In this document: positions 45,915-55,818 of the stretch, one piece after another
How positions within the stretch are numbered: position 1 is the stretch's first letter
Layout of the letters: each line of letters begins with the position of its first letter
Assembly: GCA_963818505.1 (NCBI GenBank)
Contig: CAWFSJ010000001.1
Coordinates: forward strand, 155,096 to 219,095
Length of the DNA stretch: 64,000 nucleotides
Reading direction: 5' to 3'
From: an uncultured Actinomycetota bacterium
GTDB taxonomy: Bacteria > Actinomycetota > Actinomycetes > S36-B12 > UBA10799
Position numbers and translations under genes: made by a program
Notes under the pieces: model-generated
Seen by the model: the letters and a program-made list of their open reading frames with translations, nothing else
Databases searched by the model: none
Told to the model about the DNA's origin: nothing

Positions 45915-47573
45915 ATGAGGCGCTGGTTGCTGCTGTCGGTGGTACTTGCTTCGACTGTGCGGCTACTGATCGCTCTGCCCGGCTGGTACGCCGCCGACGA
46001 TTTGGTGTTCAAACTGCAAGCGTGGACTCTGCCGTTCTGGCAATCCGTGCGGATGCCGCACTTCGGCAATCTCATGCCCGGTGGACTCGCGGTGGACTGG
46101 GTCCGCATCAGGATCGCACCCGGTTATGAGTCGGCCGCTGTGCTGTCGGTGGTGGCACTGGCCGTTGCTGCTGTTCTGGTCGGGGTGCTTCTGCGCGACC
46201 TCGGCCTGCCCGTGCGCGGACAGATCGCCGGCGTTGCCTTCTTCTTGATCACTCCGTTGACCGCTGAGGCGACGCTGTGGTGGTCGGCAGCCATGAACTT
46301 CGTGTTGTTCCTGCCTTTCGTACTAGTGGCGTTGATCGCCATGGTGCGATACTCGCGCTCCGGCGCGGCGGCTCCGATCGTGGTGATGGCGCTGTCGCAG
46401 GTGACAGCCCTGGCCTTCTTCCAGAAGGCGATGCTGATGCCGCTATGGCTGGCGGCCATCGCGTTGCTGGAACGCGGAGGAGTCCATCGGGTACGTCGCC
46501 TGCTGCTCGTGAGCGCAGGGATCTCCACTGTGTACGCCGTCGTCTATCTCGTTGCGGTGCCCAGCGAATCGTTGAGGTCGCCTGGCGTTCCGCGCATCGA
46601 CCGAATGGTGCAGGTGTTCGTATCGATGCTAGGCAAGCAAGTGCTCCCAGCACTCGCCGGTGGTCCGTGGAATTTCGTCACAGGAGCCGGTCCATCGGCT
46701 GTGAGAATGTCGATTCTCGCCACGCTGCTCGGCTTGATCGTGATGGCACTTGTTCTGTACGTGCTCCCCAAGGGACGCCGGTGGCGTGTGGTGGCGATGG
46801 TCCTTCTCTGGACAGCCGCCGATCTTGCCCTTCTGGCGCTTGGGCGCGGCTCCGATCCCGATCGCATCGTGCATGCCAGTGATTGGACGCGCTACGTGGC
46901 CGATGTCAGTGTGCCCCTGTCGGTTGCGATCGGTATGGCGGCCTCGGTTGTGGCGCTGAGATGGGTGATCATGTCGGGCGCGGCGCTGGTGGTGTCGGCG
47001 GTCGTCGGGTGGGCGCAGGTGGGGCAGATCTGGTGGGCCAACCCGGGTCGGGCATGGACGAACACGGCAATCGATTCGGTGGGTGGACGCACACAGGCCC
47101 TGCTCAGTCAGTCTGTGCCAGAGCCGGTGGCTCCTCCAGCCTGGGGCCCAGCGGCTGCGGGCCAAGGCTACCTGGCCGCTCTGGTCCCCGATGATGCATG
47201 GCGTCAGCAGGCGCCTCAGCCGTACGGACTGACCACGAGCGGTGGACTGGGAAATGCTTTGGGGGGGCAGGTGGCGCGCACTACTGGTGCCGTCTGCGCC
47301 GATGCATCGGCCACCGTCCCGCTGACGTCCCGCGTGCCCGACGGGACATGGATCGCCCGCCTTGATGTGACGGGTTCTGGTGTCCTGAGCGTACGGCTCT
47401 CCGAGTGGTTCTCTGAACCTGTCGAGATCCAGCTCACTCGACGGCCCACTTCGGTGTTCGTATCGTTTCGTGGCGCCGGCGACTCCTTGTATGTCGCAGG
47501 TGCAGGCGCTTGGTGCATCGAGACGGCGGAGGTCGGTCTTGTGGTGGACGGATCAGTTGGACAAAGCAAGTGA
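45915..47573 (+). CDS. Polytopic membrane protein, GT-C-like (paralogue 2 of 3)
   Basis: 552 aa. After the first TM segment comes GWYAADDLVFKLQAW...MPHFGNLMPGG. The architecture matches 43998-45800. Confidence 0.5.
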   Translation: MRRWLLLSVVLASTVRLLIALPGWYAADDLVFKLQAWTLPFWQSVRMPHFGNLMPGGLAVDWVRIRIAPGYESAAVLSVVALAVAAVLVGVLLRDLGLPVRGQIAGVAFFLITPLTAEATLWWSAAMNFVLFLPFVLVALIAMVRYSRSGAAAPIVVMALSQVTALAFFQKAMLMPLWLAAIALLERGGVHRVRRLLLVSAGISTVYAVVYLVAVPSESLRSPGVPRIDRMVQVFVSMLGKQVLPALAGGPWNFVTGAGPSAVRMSILATLLGLIVMALVLYVLPKGRRWRVVAMVLLWTAADLALLALGRGSDPDRIVHASDWTRYVADVSVPLSVAIGMAASVVALRWVIMSGAALVVSAVVGWAQVGQIWWANPGRAWTNTAIDSVGGRTQALLSQSVPEPVAPPAWGPAAAGQGYLAALVPDDAWRQQAPQPYGLTTSGGLGNALGGQVARTTGAVCADASATVPLTSRVPDGTWIARLDVTGSGVLSVRLSEWFSEPVEIQLTRRPTSVFVSFRGAGDSLYVAGAGAWCIETAEVGLVVDGSVGQSK

Positions 47574-47718
47574 GCGCCAGAAGTTGATTACCTGAGCGAT
47601 CAGGTCTTCCTCTCGGGTGTAACGACTTCGCGGGCGATGACGTCTTGTCCGCGCCGGCCCCTCCAAGCAGCCCGATGCGCAGCAACACACAAACCGACTG
47701 CCTGCGTTGACCAGGCAC

Positions 47719-49488
47719 TCATCCTGCAGGAACCGCCGGACCCACTTCGACTGCCGATACGCAGACATCGTTGGCTCGTAGAACCAACACGTCGGGGCGC
47801 CCGTCTGCGGCGAAGTACACGGTGTGCTCGCCGGCAATCATAGGGAGGCGGATTGTGTCAGCTGCGACCTCAACGGTGGCCGATCCTGCAAGCTCGGCCG
47901 AATAGGACAACGCGTACATGGGCCAGTTGGGCTCCCTCGGTTCGGGTTGGCGCAGGGTGAGCTTCCCGTCCACAGGGACGCAGGAGCCGGAGAGGAGGAA
48001 TGGTTCGCCGTCGACGGTCGCGGGCACGCGGTTGCCGTCGGTGTCCAGTATGGACGGGGCATCCGTCGAGGTGATCCAGTTGCCATCGATACCGACGAAG
48101 TCAAACGTGTGTGCGGAGGTGTCCCATGGGTCCTCGTACACGAAGACATCGAACGCCCGGCGTGGCGAGGATGTGTTCAGCGTGGGTGCCGCAAGGCTTG
48201 CCTGCGCATTCTCAAGGTACTGCCTCGAAGGGCTACTGGGCACTGACTTGGCGTAGTTCACGTGGCTGATGCTCATGGACGCAAGGAGGATGGCTGCAGC
48301 AGTGAGGCATGCTCCTGCTGGTGGTTCGGCGCGACCTGGGCGATCGATGGGCAACGCGCTGGGGAGGTATGCGACCGCGAGGGTGGCTGCGAGCAGAGAA
48401 ACGATGCCGATTGCGTAGTAAGGGTTGCGCACAATACCGGGACCGTAGGTGGCCACTCTGGCGGCAGACAGGGACAGGATCATGACTGCGAAGACGACGG
48501 TGACCGGCCACCAGACGCGCCATCGTGCCCTGCGGCCGACAAGGACCAGAGCCCCGGCTGCCATGACCAATAGCAATGTCACCGGAAGCGTGTAGACACC
48601 GACAGGTGCCGCAGCCGCGTTCCAGGACCAGGGTCCCAGAAGGGTCATGGCGGGCAGTGCCTGGAAGGCCGTGATCAGCAGACTCTCGACGATGCTGTCG
48701 GTGGCTGCGCGATCCGCGGGGAGAGTCTGGTTTTCGACGGCCAAAGCCAGGTACAGCACCAAGTAGACAAACCCGATCGAGATGAGGCTCATCCAGAGCC
48801 CACGCGCTCGACGCCACGCCGACCCGATCGAGGCTAGGGGGCCTGCCGTCTCCCACCAGGCGGCCTGGACCGTGAACAGAAGCAGCGGGATGAGCAGGGA
48901 CAACTGCGAGGCGAGAAGTCCGACCACCACAGCCCCGACCACGATGAACGGTCCACCACGGCCGCTTATCTGGTAGCGAAGATAGCCCCACAGGGCGATC
49001 GCTGTGGCCGCGAACAGCGCCGACATGTACACCGATGGCGCGGGCCACACGACCGCCGTCATCACGGCAGGAGCCCATGCGGCGACAAGGAAAGGCACGA
49101 CGGCCTTCACCCGGGGGCCGACCAGCATTCGGATGCTGAGCCATGTGAAGGTGAGTCCGATCGTCGTGAGCGTCAATCCCACACACACCAGTGGCCACCA
49201 TGGAGTTGGTCCGCCGATCGCCCGCGCAGCCCAGAAGAACGCCAGTCCAAGCGGCATGAGGTGGCTGCCATAGGGCACGAACAGATCCGTCAACCCGAAC
49301 TCCGGCCTGCTGACCAGCGTCAGCAGCAGCCAGTCGTCACCTCGCAAATACGCCTGTGTGCTTACCGCGACGATCGCCGCAGCCCCGGTCAGGATCGCCA
49401 AGACGGCCAGGGTGTCAGCCAGGTTCCAGCGCTCGCGTCCCCGGGTCAAGGGCACCGGGACCCCTTGGGTGAACGTGGACATCGCCAC
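47719..49488 (-). CDS. Polytopic membrane protein, GT-C-like (paralogue 3 of 3)
   Basis: 589 aa. After the first TM segment comes YLRGDDWLLLTLVS...YGSHLMPLG. The architecture matches the other two, but the gene is on the opposite strand. Confidence 0.5.
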   Translation of the reverse strand: MAMSTFTQGVPVPLTRGRERWNLADTLAVLAILTGAAAIVAVSTQAYLRGDDWLLLTLVSRPEFGLTDLFVPYGSHLMPLGLAFFWAARAIGGPTPWWPLVCVGLTLTTIGLTFTWLSIRMLVGPRVKAVVPFLVAAWAPAVMTAVVWPAPSVYMSALFAATAIALWGYLRYQISGRGGPFIVVGAVVVGLLASQLSLLIPLLLFTVQAAWWETAGPLASIGSAWRRARGLWMSLISIGFVYLVLYLALAVENQTLPADRAATDSIVESLLITAFQALPAMTLLGPWSWNAAAAPVGVYTLPVTLLLVMAAGALVLVGRRARWRVWWPVTVVFAVMILSLSAARVATYGPGIVRNPYYAIGIVSLLAATLAVAYLPSALPIDRPGRAEPPAGACLTAAAILLASMSISHVNYAKSVPSSPSRQYLENAQASLAAPTLNTSSPRRAFDVFVYEDPWDTSAHTFDFVGIDGNWITSTDAPSILDTDGNRVPATVDGEPFLLSGSCVPVDGKLTLRQPEPREPNWPMYALSYSAELAGSATVEVAADTIRLPMIAGEHTVYFAADGRPDVLVLRANDVCVSAVEVGPAVPAG

Positions 49489-49555
49489 GAGCCTAGTGCC
49501 TCACCCGGGCGCCGAGGAGGCCGACGAGGCGCCCGGGCTCGCTGCGGCAGCCCGT

Positions 49556-49725
49556 CGGGCGGCATCATGGCTGGATGGACCCATCGTCTGACGGCACACC
49601 CGTGTGGTGCCGCGTGGTCGTCGGTCTGGCAGGGGTCGGTGTTGCACTGGGCTCGAAGGCCAACTCGGCGCTGACCACAGTGGGTCAGAACGACCCCACC
49701 GGCGCCGGCCTCCGAACTCGATCCG
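49556..49725 (+). pseudogene. Decayed duplicate of the 5' end of the Mo-oxidoreductase gene at 52352
   Basis: About 165 nt align with 52333-52510, many positions identical by eye. The peptide here is MDPSSDGTPVWCRVVVGLAGVGVALGSKANSAL, against MDQSSDGTPVGRRVVLGLLGLAGLGVALGSRANSAL in the intact gene. The twin-arginine is lost (CR instead of RR), and homology ends after about 50 codons. Confidence 0.7.
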
Positions 49726-49735
49726 GACCATCTTC

Positions 49736-51757
49736 GTGTTGCAGGACCCGGCCAAAGGGCCTGAACCGTTGCTGAGCGAGAGTCCTGAGGAGCCGAAGAG
49801 AAACCTCGCCTACAACCCCGCGCTCGACGGTCTGCGGGCGGTTTCCGTTCTGGCCATCATGGTCTATCACGGTGGGACAAGCCTGGTGCAGGGCGGCTTC
49901 CTGGCAGTCGACATCTTCTTCGTGCTTTCAGGCTTCCTGATCACCACGCTTCTGCTGATCGAGTACGAGAACCAGGGCCGGATCGACTTGAAGGCCTTCT
50001 GGGGGGCACGGGCCCGGCGACTGTTGCCCGCCCTCTTCTTGGTGTTGGTGGCCGTGCTGCTCTACGGCGCCTTCCTGAGCGGGGAGGCGGCCAACGCCGT
50101 ACGGCGAGACGCCCTGGCGACGTTGTTCTACGTCAGTAACTGGTGGTTCATCGTCTCGGGCAACTCCTACTTCGAGCAGTTCCAGGATCCTTCTCCGCTG
50201 ACCCACACTTGGACTCTGGCGATCGAGGAGCAGTGGTATCTGCTGCTCCCGATCGTGCTTGTGTTGCTTCTGCCCCGGCTTCGGTCACGGCGCGCACTTG
50301 CCATCGGCTTCGGCCTGCTGGCGCTCTTGTCAGCCATCGAGATGGCCTGGCTGTTCGACCCCGAGGTCGATCCTTCACGCGTGTACTACGGCACAGACAC
50401 CCGACTGCAGGCACTTCTCGTGGGGGCAACTGCGGCAGCGGTGCTCACCCCGGGAGTACTGGGTCGTCTGAAAGCCTCGGCCAAGTGGCTTGGACCGCTG
50501 GCTGCGCTATTGCTGCTGGGGTTCATGTTGATTGCCACCGACCGAGCCCAGTGGCTCTATCGCGGGGGCTTTCTGGTGATGGCGGCGGGTGTGGCGCTGT
50601 TGGTGGCCACCGTGACGGCGCATCCGAGCGGATGGACTGCCCGCGCGTTGTCCGTCGCCCCTTTGGTCTGGGTCGGGAAGATCTCGTACGGGCTGTACCT
50701 GTGGCATTGGCCGGTCTACGTTCTGTTCAGTCCCGCGCGCGTCGGGATGCAGGGGATGTCCCTGCTTATCCTGCGCTTCTCGGTGACCTTCGCTATCGCG
50801 GCCCTGTCGTACTACCTGGTCGAGATGCCAATCCGGCGCGGCGGGCTCAATCGGTTGGGGTCGGGACAGCGCCTGGCGGTGGCAGTGGGTGCGCCCGTAG
50901 CGATCCTGGCCTTGATGGGGGCCACCGCCGCGACGACCAGACCCCCGGCGCCCGACTCCCTCGAGGCGATCCGGGACAGTGCCACAGCGGCGCCGACGGC
51001 CTCACCCAGCACCACAGCGACGCAGCCGGATCAGGATGTGCGAGCGATCCTCGTCGGTGATTCGGTCGCCCTGTCGTTGTTTGCGGCCTTCCCCGGCGAC
51101 ATCCCGGGCTTCAGCGTGCTGCCGGGTACGGAGTTCGGTTGCGGGTTGGTGCCGTTCGAGGCTGCCGTTAACGGCACTCCCATGCCGTTCCGCCCCGAGT
51201 GCAAGGCCTGGGAGGAGCAGCGCGCCTCGCGTATCGCTGCCTCCGGTGCCAATCTCGGGGTGCTCTTCGCAGGGCCGTGGGAACAGTACGATCGTTGGAT
51301 CGATGGGCGGGCGGTGCCTTTCACTGATCCGAAGTGGAAGGAGGAGACGGTCAATGCGTACGCCAGGGTCATCGCGGAAATGACGCCGGTGACCGAGCGC
51401 CAAGCCGTGGTGTTGAACACCTGCCACGGTGCGCCCGACATTGATCTGCCGGACGCGGCGCTCTACCAAGCTGGTCGCTTCCCCGCGGTGGTCAACGACC
51501 CAGCCAGAATCGCGGCCGTCAACGAGGCCGTCACCGAGGCGGTGCGCCGTTCGGGTCGCGACATCCCGATCATCGACCCCAATCCGTTCCTGTGCGACGC
51601 GGACGCATACCGGTCGACCATCGACGGTGTGCAGATGCACACCGACGGGGTCCACTTCACAGAGCAGGGAGCGGGGCTCTACTGGGAGTGGCTGGGGCCC
51701 AGGCTGCTCAAGGCCGGTCGAGAAGACGTGGCCACGCCCTCTCCACCTGCTCCCTGA
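49736..51757 (+). CDS. Acyltransferase family 3 membrane domain fused to a C-terminal SGNH-like domain (paralogue of 42081-43988)
   Basis: ALDGLRAVSVLAIMVYH, FFVLSGFLITTLLL, HTWTLAIEEQWYLLLP and ISYGLYLWHWPVY, then ILVGDSVALS. The start is uncertain: GTG at 49736, TTG at 49739 or TTG at 49769. The ORF-track start at 49604 lies within the gene remnant. Confidence 0.85.
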   Translation: MLQDPAKGPEPLLSESPEEPKRNLAYNPALDGLRAVSVLAIMVYHGGTSLVQGGFLAVDIFFVLSGFLITTLLLIEYENQGRIDLKAFWGARARRLLPALFLVLVAVLLYGAFLSGEAANAVRRDALATLFYVSNWWFIVSGNSYFEQFQDPSPLTHTWTLAIEEQWYLLLPIVLVLLLPRLRSRRALAIGFGLLALLSAIEMAWLFDPEVDPSRVYYGTDTRLQALLVGATAAAVLTPGVLGRLKASAKWLGPLAALLLLGFMLIATDRAQWLYRGGFLVMAAGVALLVATVTAHPSGWTARALSVAPLVWVGKISYGLYLWHWPVYVLFSPARVGMQGMSLLILRFSVTFAIAALSYYLVEMPIRRGGLNRLGSGQRLAVAVGAPVAILALMGATAATTRPPAPDSLEAIRDSATAAPTASPSTTATQPDQDVRAILVGDSVALSLFAAFPGDIPGFSVLPGTEFGCGLVPFEAAVNGTPMPFRPECKAWEEQRASRIAASGANLGVLFAGPWEQYDRWIDGRAVPFTDPKWKEETVNAYARVIAEMTPVTERQAVVLNTCHGAPDIDLPDAALYQAGRFPAVVNDPARIAAVNEAVTEAVRRSGRDIPIIDPNPFLCDADAYRSTIDGVQMHTDGVHFTEQGAGLYWEWLGPRLLKAGREDVATPSPPAP

Positions 51758-52298
51758 GGTGCTCCAGAGTGCCGCCGTTGTCGATCACGACGTCCGCGAT
51801 CGACAGGCGTTGCTCGCGGGGCGCCTGAGCAGCGATGCGTGCTCGGGCATCCTCCTGCGACAGACCACGCTCGACCAGACGGGCCACGCGCAGTTCATCC
51901 GGGGCATCCACCACCACGACGAGGTCGTAGGCGCCCTGCAACTCCAGTTCCGCAAGCAGCGGTACATCGTGGATGAGCACCGAGTCTTCAGGGACCGCAG
52001 CCATGAGTTCGGCTGTGCGAGCGGCGATGCGAGGGTGAGTGATCGCGTTGAGCCGGGCGCGTGCGGAATCGTCGGTGAAGACGAGTTGGGCCAGCGCCGC
52101 CCGGTCCAGTTCACCAGCGGGGGTGATGATCCCGTGCCCGAACTCCTCGACGAGGGCGTGGAGTGCCGGCGTGCCCACTGCGACGACCTCGCGCGCGATT
52201 GCGTCCGCGTCGATTACGGTCGCACCGAAGCTTGCGAACATCGCGGAGACGGTCGACTTCCCCGAACCGATGCCGCCTGTCAGGCCCACGCGCCGCAT
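51708..52298 (-). CDS. coaE: Dephospho-CoA kinase
   Basis: MRRVGLTGGIGSGKSTV P-loop; 196 aa, with typical CoaE length and motifs. Confidence 0.9.
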   Translation of the reverse strand: MRRVGLTGGIGSGKSTVSAMFASFGATVIDADAIAREVVAVGTPALHALVEEFGHGIITPAGELDRAALAQLVFTDDSARARLNAITHPRIAARTAELMAAVPEDSVLIHDVPLLAELELQGAYDLVVVVDAPDELRVARLVERGLSQEDARARIAAQAPREQRLSIADVVIDNGGTLEHLREQVERAWPRLLDRP

Positions 52299-52351
52299 GA
52301 TCCGAGGGTAGTGCTGATGACAGGTTCATTTCGTGGGCGCATCATGGCTGA

Positions 52352-53056
52352 ATGGACCAATCCTCCGACGGCACACCCGTGGGGCGCCGCGTGGTCCTCG
52401 GGCTGCTGGGCCTGGCAGGGCTCGGTGTTGCGCTCGGTTCGAGGGCCAACTCCGCCTTGAACGCTGTCGCCGCCAACGACCCGACCGGACTGACGGGCCT
52501 GATCCCGGGCGGCGGGAGGTTCCGCTTCTATTCCGTGGCCGGATCCGTCGAGGAAATCCCAGCGAACGCATACCGGCTGCGGGTCGACGGCGAGGTCGAA
52601 CGGCCGATGGACTTCTCCTTCGCTGACCTGTCCGCCATGCCGCAGACCAGGCTGGTCAAGGACGTGCAGTGCGTGACCGGGTGGCGCGTGCCCGCAGTCG
52701 AATGGAGCGGAGTCCTGCTCTGCGACCTCCTGCGGGAGGTGAGGCTTCGTGAGAGCGGAGCAGCACTGGAGTTCGGATCCTCCGATGGGGTCTACACCGA
52801 GTCGCTGACTTTGGAGCAGGCGATGCGCCCCGACGTGCTGATCGCTACCACCATGGACGGGCAGCCGGTTACGAACGACCACGGTGGACCGGTGCGTTTG
52901 TACGTTGCGCCCATGTACTTCTACAAGTCCCTGAAGTGGCTCGACCGGATCACCGTGACAACTGAGGTGGTTCCCGGTTACTGGGAGGAACTCGGCTACG
53001 ACGTCGACGCCTGGGTTGGGGGGTCGAATGGCCGGGACGACACACCAACCGCCTGA
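52352..53056 (+). CDS. Molybdopterin-dependent oxidoreductase (sulfite oxidase / MsrP-YedY-like catalytic subunit), Tat-signal-like N-terminus
   Basis: GRRVVLGLLGLAGLGVALG is a twin-arginine-like leader. VERPMDFSFADLSAMPQTRLVKDVQCVTGWRVPAVEWSGV carries the conserved Cys (Mo ligand) context, and GGPVRLYVAPMYFYKSLKWL is also present. Confidence 0.75.
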   Translation: MDQSSDGTPVGRRVVLGLLGLAGLGVALGSRANSALNAVAANDPTGLTGLIPGGGRFRFYSVAGSVEEIPANAYRLRVDGEVERPMDFSFADLSAMPQTRLVKDVQCVTGWRVPAVEWSGVLLCDLLREVRLRESGAALEFGSSDGVYTESLTLEQAMRPDVLIATTMDGQPVTNDHGGPVRLYVAPMYFYKSLKWLDRITVTTEVVPGYWEELGYDVDAWVGGSNGRDDTPTA

Positions 53057-53642
53057 TGTGCGGCGGCGTTTCACGCGCGGAGAACGGTGGTTGCACGCGA
53101 GTTTCGGTGCGGTGATGGGGGTGCTGATCGTGACGGCAGCACTTCTGTACGTCGACCCCTTGAGTCAACTTGTCGGCAGACGCGCGCTGTTGGCGGGCAT
53201 CCACTTCTGGGCGGGTCTGCTGCTGCCGATCCCGCTGTTCTTCGCAGTGCTGCTGTCCCAGGGTTTTCGTGGGGACGCCGCGCGCCTCAACCGCTTCCAA
53301 CCCCATGACTGGGTGTGGCTGCGCCGCGCGTTGCGCCTGGACACGTCGGGGCCTTCGGGGAAGTTCAACGCCGGCCAGAAGTTGAACAGCGCGTTCGTGC
53401 TGGGCGCGACGATCGTGATGTTCGTGACCGGGCTGATGCTGCATTTCTTCGAGCCTCTGCCCGACACGGTCCGCACCGGTGCCACCTTCGTGCACGACAT
53501 GTTCGCCCTTGCGGTCGTGGTCATGGGGGTGGGGCACATCTGGATGGCTTGGAACGACCCGCAGTCCCGGCTTGGTCTGCGCACGGGATTTGTGAGCCGT
53601 GATTGGGCCAGGCGAAAGCACCCCCTGTGGGAGGATTCGTGA
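53028..53642 (+). CDS. Cytochrome b-type membrane subunit (Ni_hydr_CYTB / cytochrome b561-like), partner of the Mo-oxidoreductase
   Basis: RFTRGERWLHASFGAVMGVLIVTAALLY, GIHFWAGLLLP and FVHDMFALAVVVMGVGHIWMA. There are four TM segments with conserved His residues. It overlaps the upstream gene. Confidence 0.65.
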   Translation: MAGTTHQPPDVRRRFTRGERWLHASFGAVMGVLIVTAALLYVDPLSQLVGRRALLAGIHFWAGLLLPIPLFFAVLLSQGFRGDAARLNRFQPHDWVWLRRALRLDTSGPSGKFNAGQKLNSAFVLGATIVMFVTGLMLHFFEPLPDTVRTGATFVHDMFALAVVVMGVGHIWMAWNDPQSRLGLRTGFVSRDWARRKHPLWEDS

Positions 53643-53715
53643 CCGCAGACGCGTCTTGGGCGGCGGGAATCGGGGGTGTCCCGCCCTTGTCGCAACCCCG
53701 ACGTAGCGTAGGGAC

Positions 53716-55818
53716 ATGGCTCGACCCGTCACAGATCTTCAGCGCACCGTCGCGCCGTTTCGTGTGGTCAGTGAGTACCAACCGGCCGGCGACCAGCCAG
53801 CGGCCATCGAGGAGATCTCCCGGCGAATCGGGGCGGGTGCGCAAGACGTCGTGCTGCTCGGCGCCACCGGCACGGGCAAGAGCGCTACGACGGCGTGGAT
53901 CGTCGAGAAGTTGCAGCGGCCGACCCTGGTGATGGCGCCGAACAAGACCCTCGCCGCACAGCTTGCCAACGAGTTCCGGGAACTCATGCCCGACAACGCG
54001 GTGGAGTACTTCGTCAGTTACTACGACTATTACCAACCCGAGGCCTACATCCCGCAGACCGACACCTTCATCGAGAAGGACAGCTCGGTCAACCAGGAGG
54101 TCGAGCGGCTTCGGCACAGCGCCACAAACAGCTTGCTGACCCGCCGCGACGTGATCGTGGTGGCCACCGTCAGCGCGATCTACGGCCTCGGGACGCCGCA
54201 AGAGTACGTGGATCGGATGCTTCGGTTGCGGGTCGGCGACGAGGTCGACCGGGACTCCATGTTGCGCCGGCTTGTGCAGATCCAGTACGCGCGCAACGAC
54301 CTGTCCTTCACCCGCGGGACTTTCCGGGTACGCGGAGACACGGTAGAGGTCTTCCCGATGTACGAGGAGCACCCGGTGCGCATCGAGCTTTTCGGCGACG
54401 AGGTCGAGCGACTGATGACGTTGCACCCCGTGACCGGTGAGATCCTGACCGAGGACAACGAGCTCTATGTGTTCCCCGCGACTCACTACGTGGCGGGCCC
54501 GGAGCGTATGAACCGCGCGATCGTGGGTATCGAACAGGAACTGCAGGACAGACTGGCTGAGTTGGATCGATCCAATCACCAACTCGAGGCCCAGCGACTA
54601 CGGATGCGGACGCAGTACGACGTGGAGATGATGCAGCAGGTCGGTTTCTGCAACGGCATCGAGAACTACTCCCGGCACGTCGACGGTCGCGCCCCCGGGT
54701 CTGCACCGAACTGCCTTCTGGACTACTTCCCGGAGGACTTCCTGCTCGTCATCGACGAGTCGCATGTGACCGTGCCGCAGATCGGGGGCATGTACGAGGG
54801 CGACATGAGCCGTAAGCGCAACCTGGTCGAACACGGGTTCCGCCTTCCGAGCGCGATGGACAACCGGCCCCTGCGTTGGGAAGAGTTCGTCGAACGGATC
54901 GGCCAGACGCTGTACCTGTCGGCCACCCCCGGTCCCTACGAGTTGAGCCGGGTGGGCGGCGACGTCGTCGAGCAGGTTATCCGGCCTACGGGGCTGATAG
55001 ACCCGGAGATCATCCTCAAGCCGACTCGTGGGCAGATCGATGACCTGATGACCGAGATCAACGCCCGGGCGCAGCGCGACGAACGGGTGCTGGTGACCAC
55101 TCTCACGAAGAAGATGGCCGAGGATCTCACCGACTACCTGTTGGAGAACGGTGTGCGGGTGCGGTACCTGCACTCCGAGGTGGATACTCTGCGTCGGGTG
55201 GAACTGCTACGGGAACTGCGTCTGGGCGAGTTCGACGTGCTGGTGGGCATCAACCTGCTGCGCGAGGGCCTGGACCTGCCCGAGGTGAGTCTCGTCAGCA
55301 TCCTGGATGCCGACAAGGAAGGGTTCCTGCGTTCTCAGCGCAGCCTTATCCAGACCATCGGTCGCGCCGCGCGTAACGTCTCCGGGCAGGTGCACATGTA
55401 CGCGGACACCATCACCGACTCGATGCGCACGGCGATCGACGAGACCAACCGGCGAAGGGCGAAGCAGGTCGCCTACAACACCGAACGAGGGCTGGACCCG
55501 CAGCCCATCCGCAAGAAGATCGCCGACATCACCGACCTGCTGGCTCGAGAGGACGCCGACACCAAAGAGCTGCTCGCCGGGTCCGGACGAGGTCTGAGCA
55601 GGGGAGTGGGCCCCAAGGCCGCGGCCGCAGACATCGGCCGTCATGCCGGCACATTGGCCTCGATGCCCGCCCAGGACCTCACGGATCTGATCGAACAACT
55701 CACCGCGGCCATGCACAATGCGGCCGAGGAACTGCAGTTCGAGGTAGCTGCCCGTTACCGCGATGAGATCGGTGAGTTGAAGAAGGAGTTACGGGGCATG
55801 CAGGACGCGAGTTCGTGA
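53716..55818 (+). CDS. uvrB: Excinuclease ABC subunit B
   Basis: [30 protein letters not shown], helicase motifs, and the C-terminal UVR domain [15 protein letters not shown]; 700 aa. Confidence 0.97.
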   Translation: MARPVTDLQRTVAPFRVVSEYQPAGDQPAAIEEISRRIGAGAQDVVLLGATGTGKSATTAWIVEKLQRPTLVMAPNKTLAAQLANEFRELMPDNAVEYFVSYYDYYQPEAYIPQTDTFIEKDSSVNQEVERLRHSATNSLLTRRDVIVVATVSAIYGLGTPQEYVDRMLRLRVGDEVDRDSMLRRLVQIQYARNDLSFTRGTFRVRGDTVEVFPMYEEHPVRIELFGDEVERLMTLHPVTGEILTEDNELYVFPATHYVAGPERMNRAIVGIEQELQDRLAELDRSNHQLEAQRLRMRTQYDVEMMQQVGFCNGIENYSRHVDGRAPGSAPNCLLDYFPEDFLLVIDESHVTVPQIGGMYEGDMSRKRNLVEHGFRLPSAMDNRPLRWEEFVERIGQTLYLSATPGPYELSRVGGDVVEQVIRPTGLIDPEIILKPTRGQIDDLMTEINARAQRDERVLVTTLTKKMAEDLTDYLLENGVRVRYLHSEVDTLRRVELLRELRLGEFDVLVGINLLREGLDLPEVSLVSILDADKEGFLRSQRSLIQTIGRAARNVSGQVHMYADTITDSMRTAIDETNRRRAKQVAYNTERGLDPQPIRKKIADITDLLAREDADTKELLAGSGRGLSRGVGPKAAAADIGRHAGTLASMPAQDLTDLIEQLTAAMHNAAEELQFEVAARYRDEIGELKKELRGMQDASS

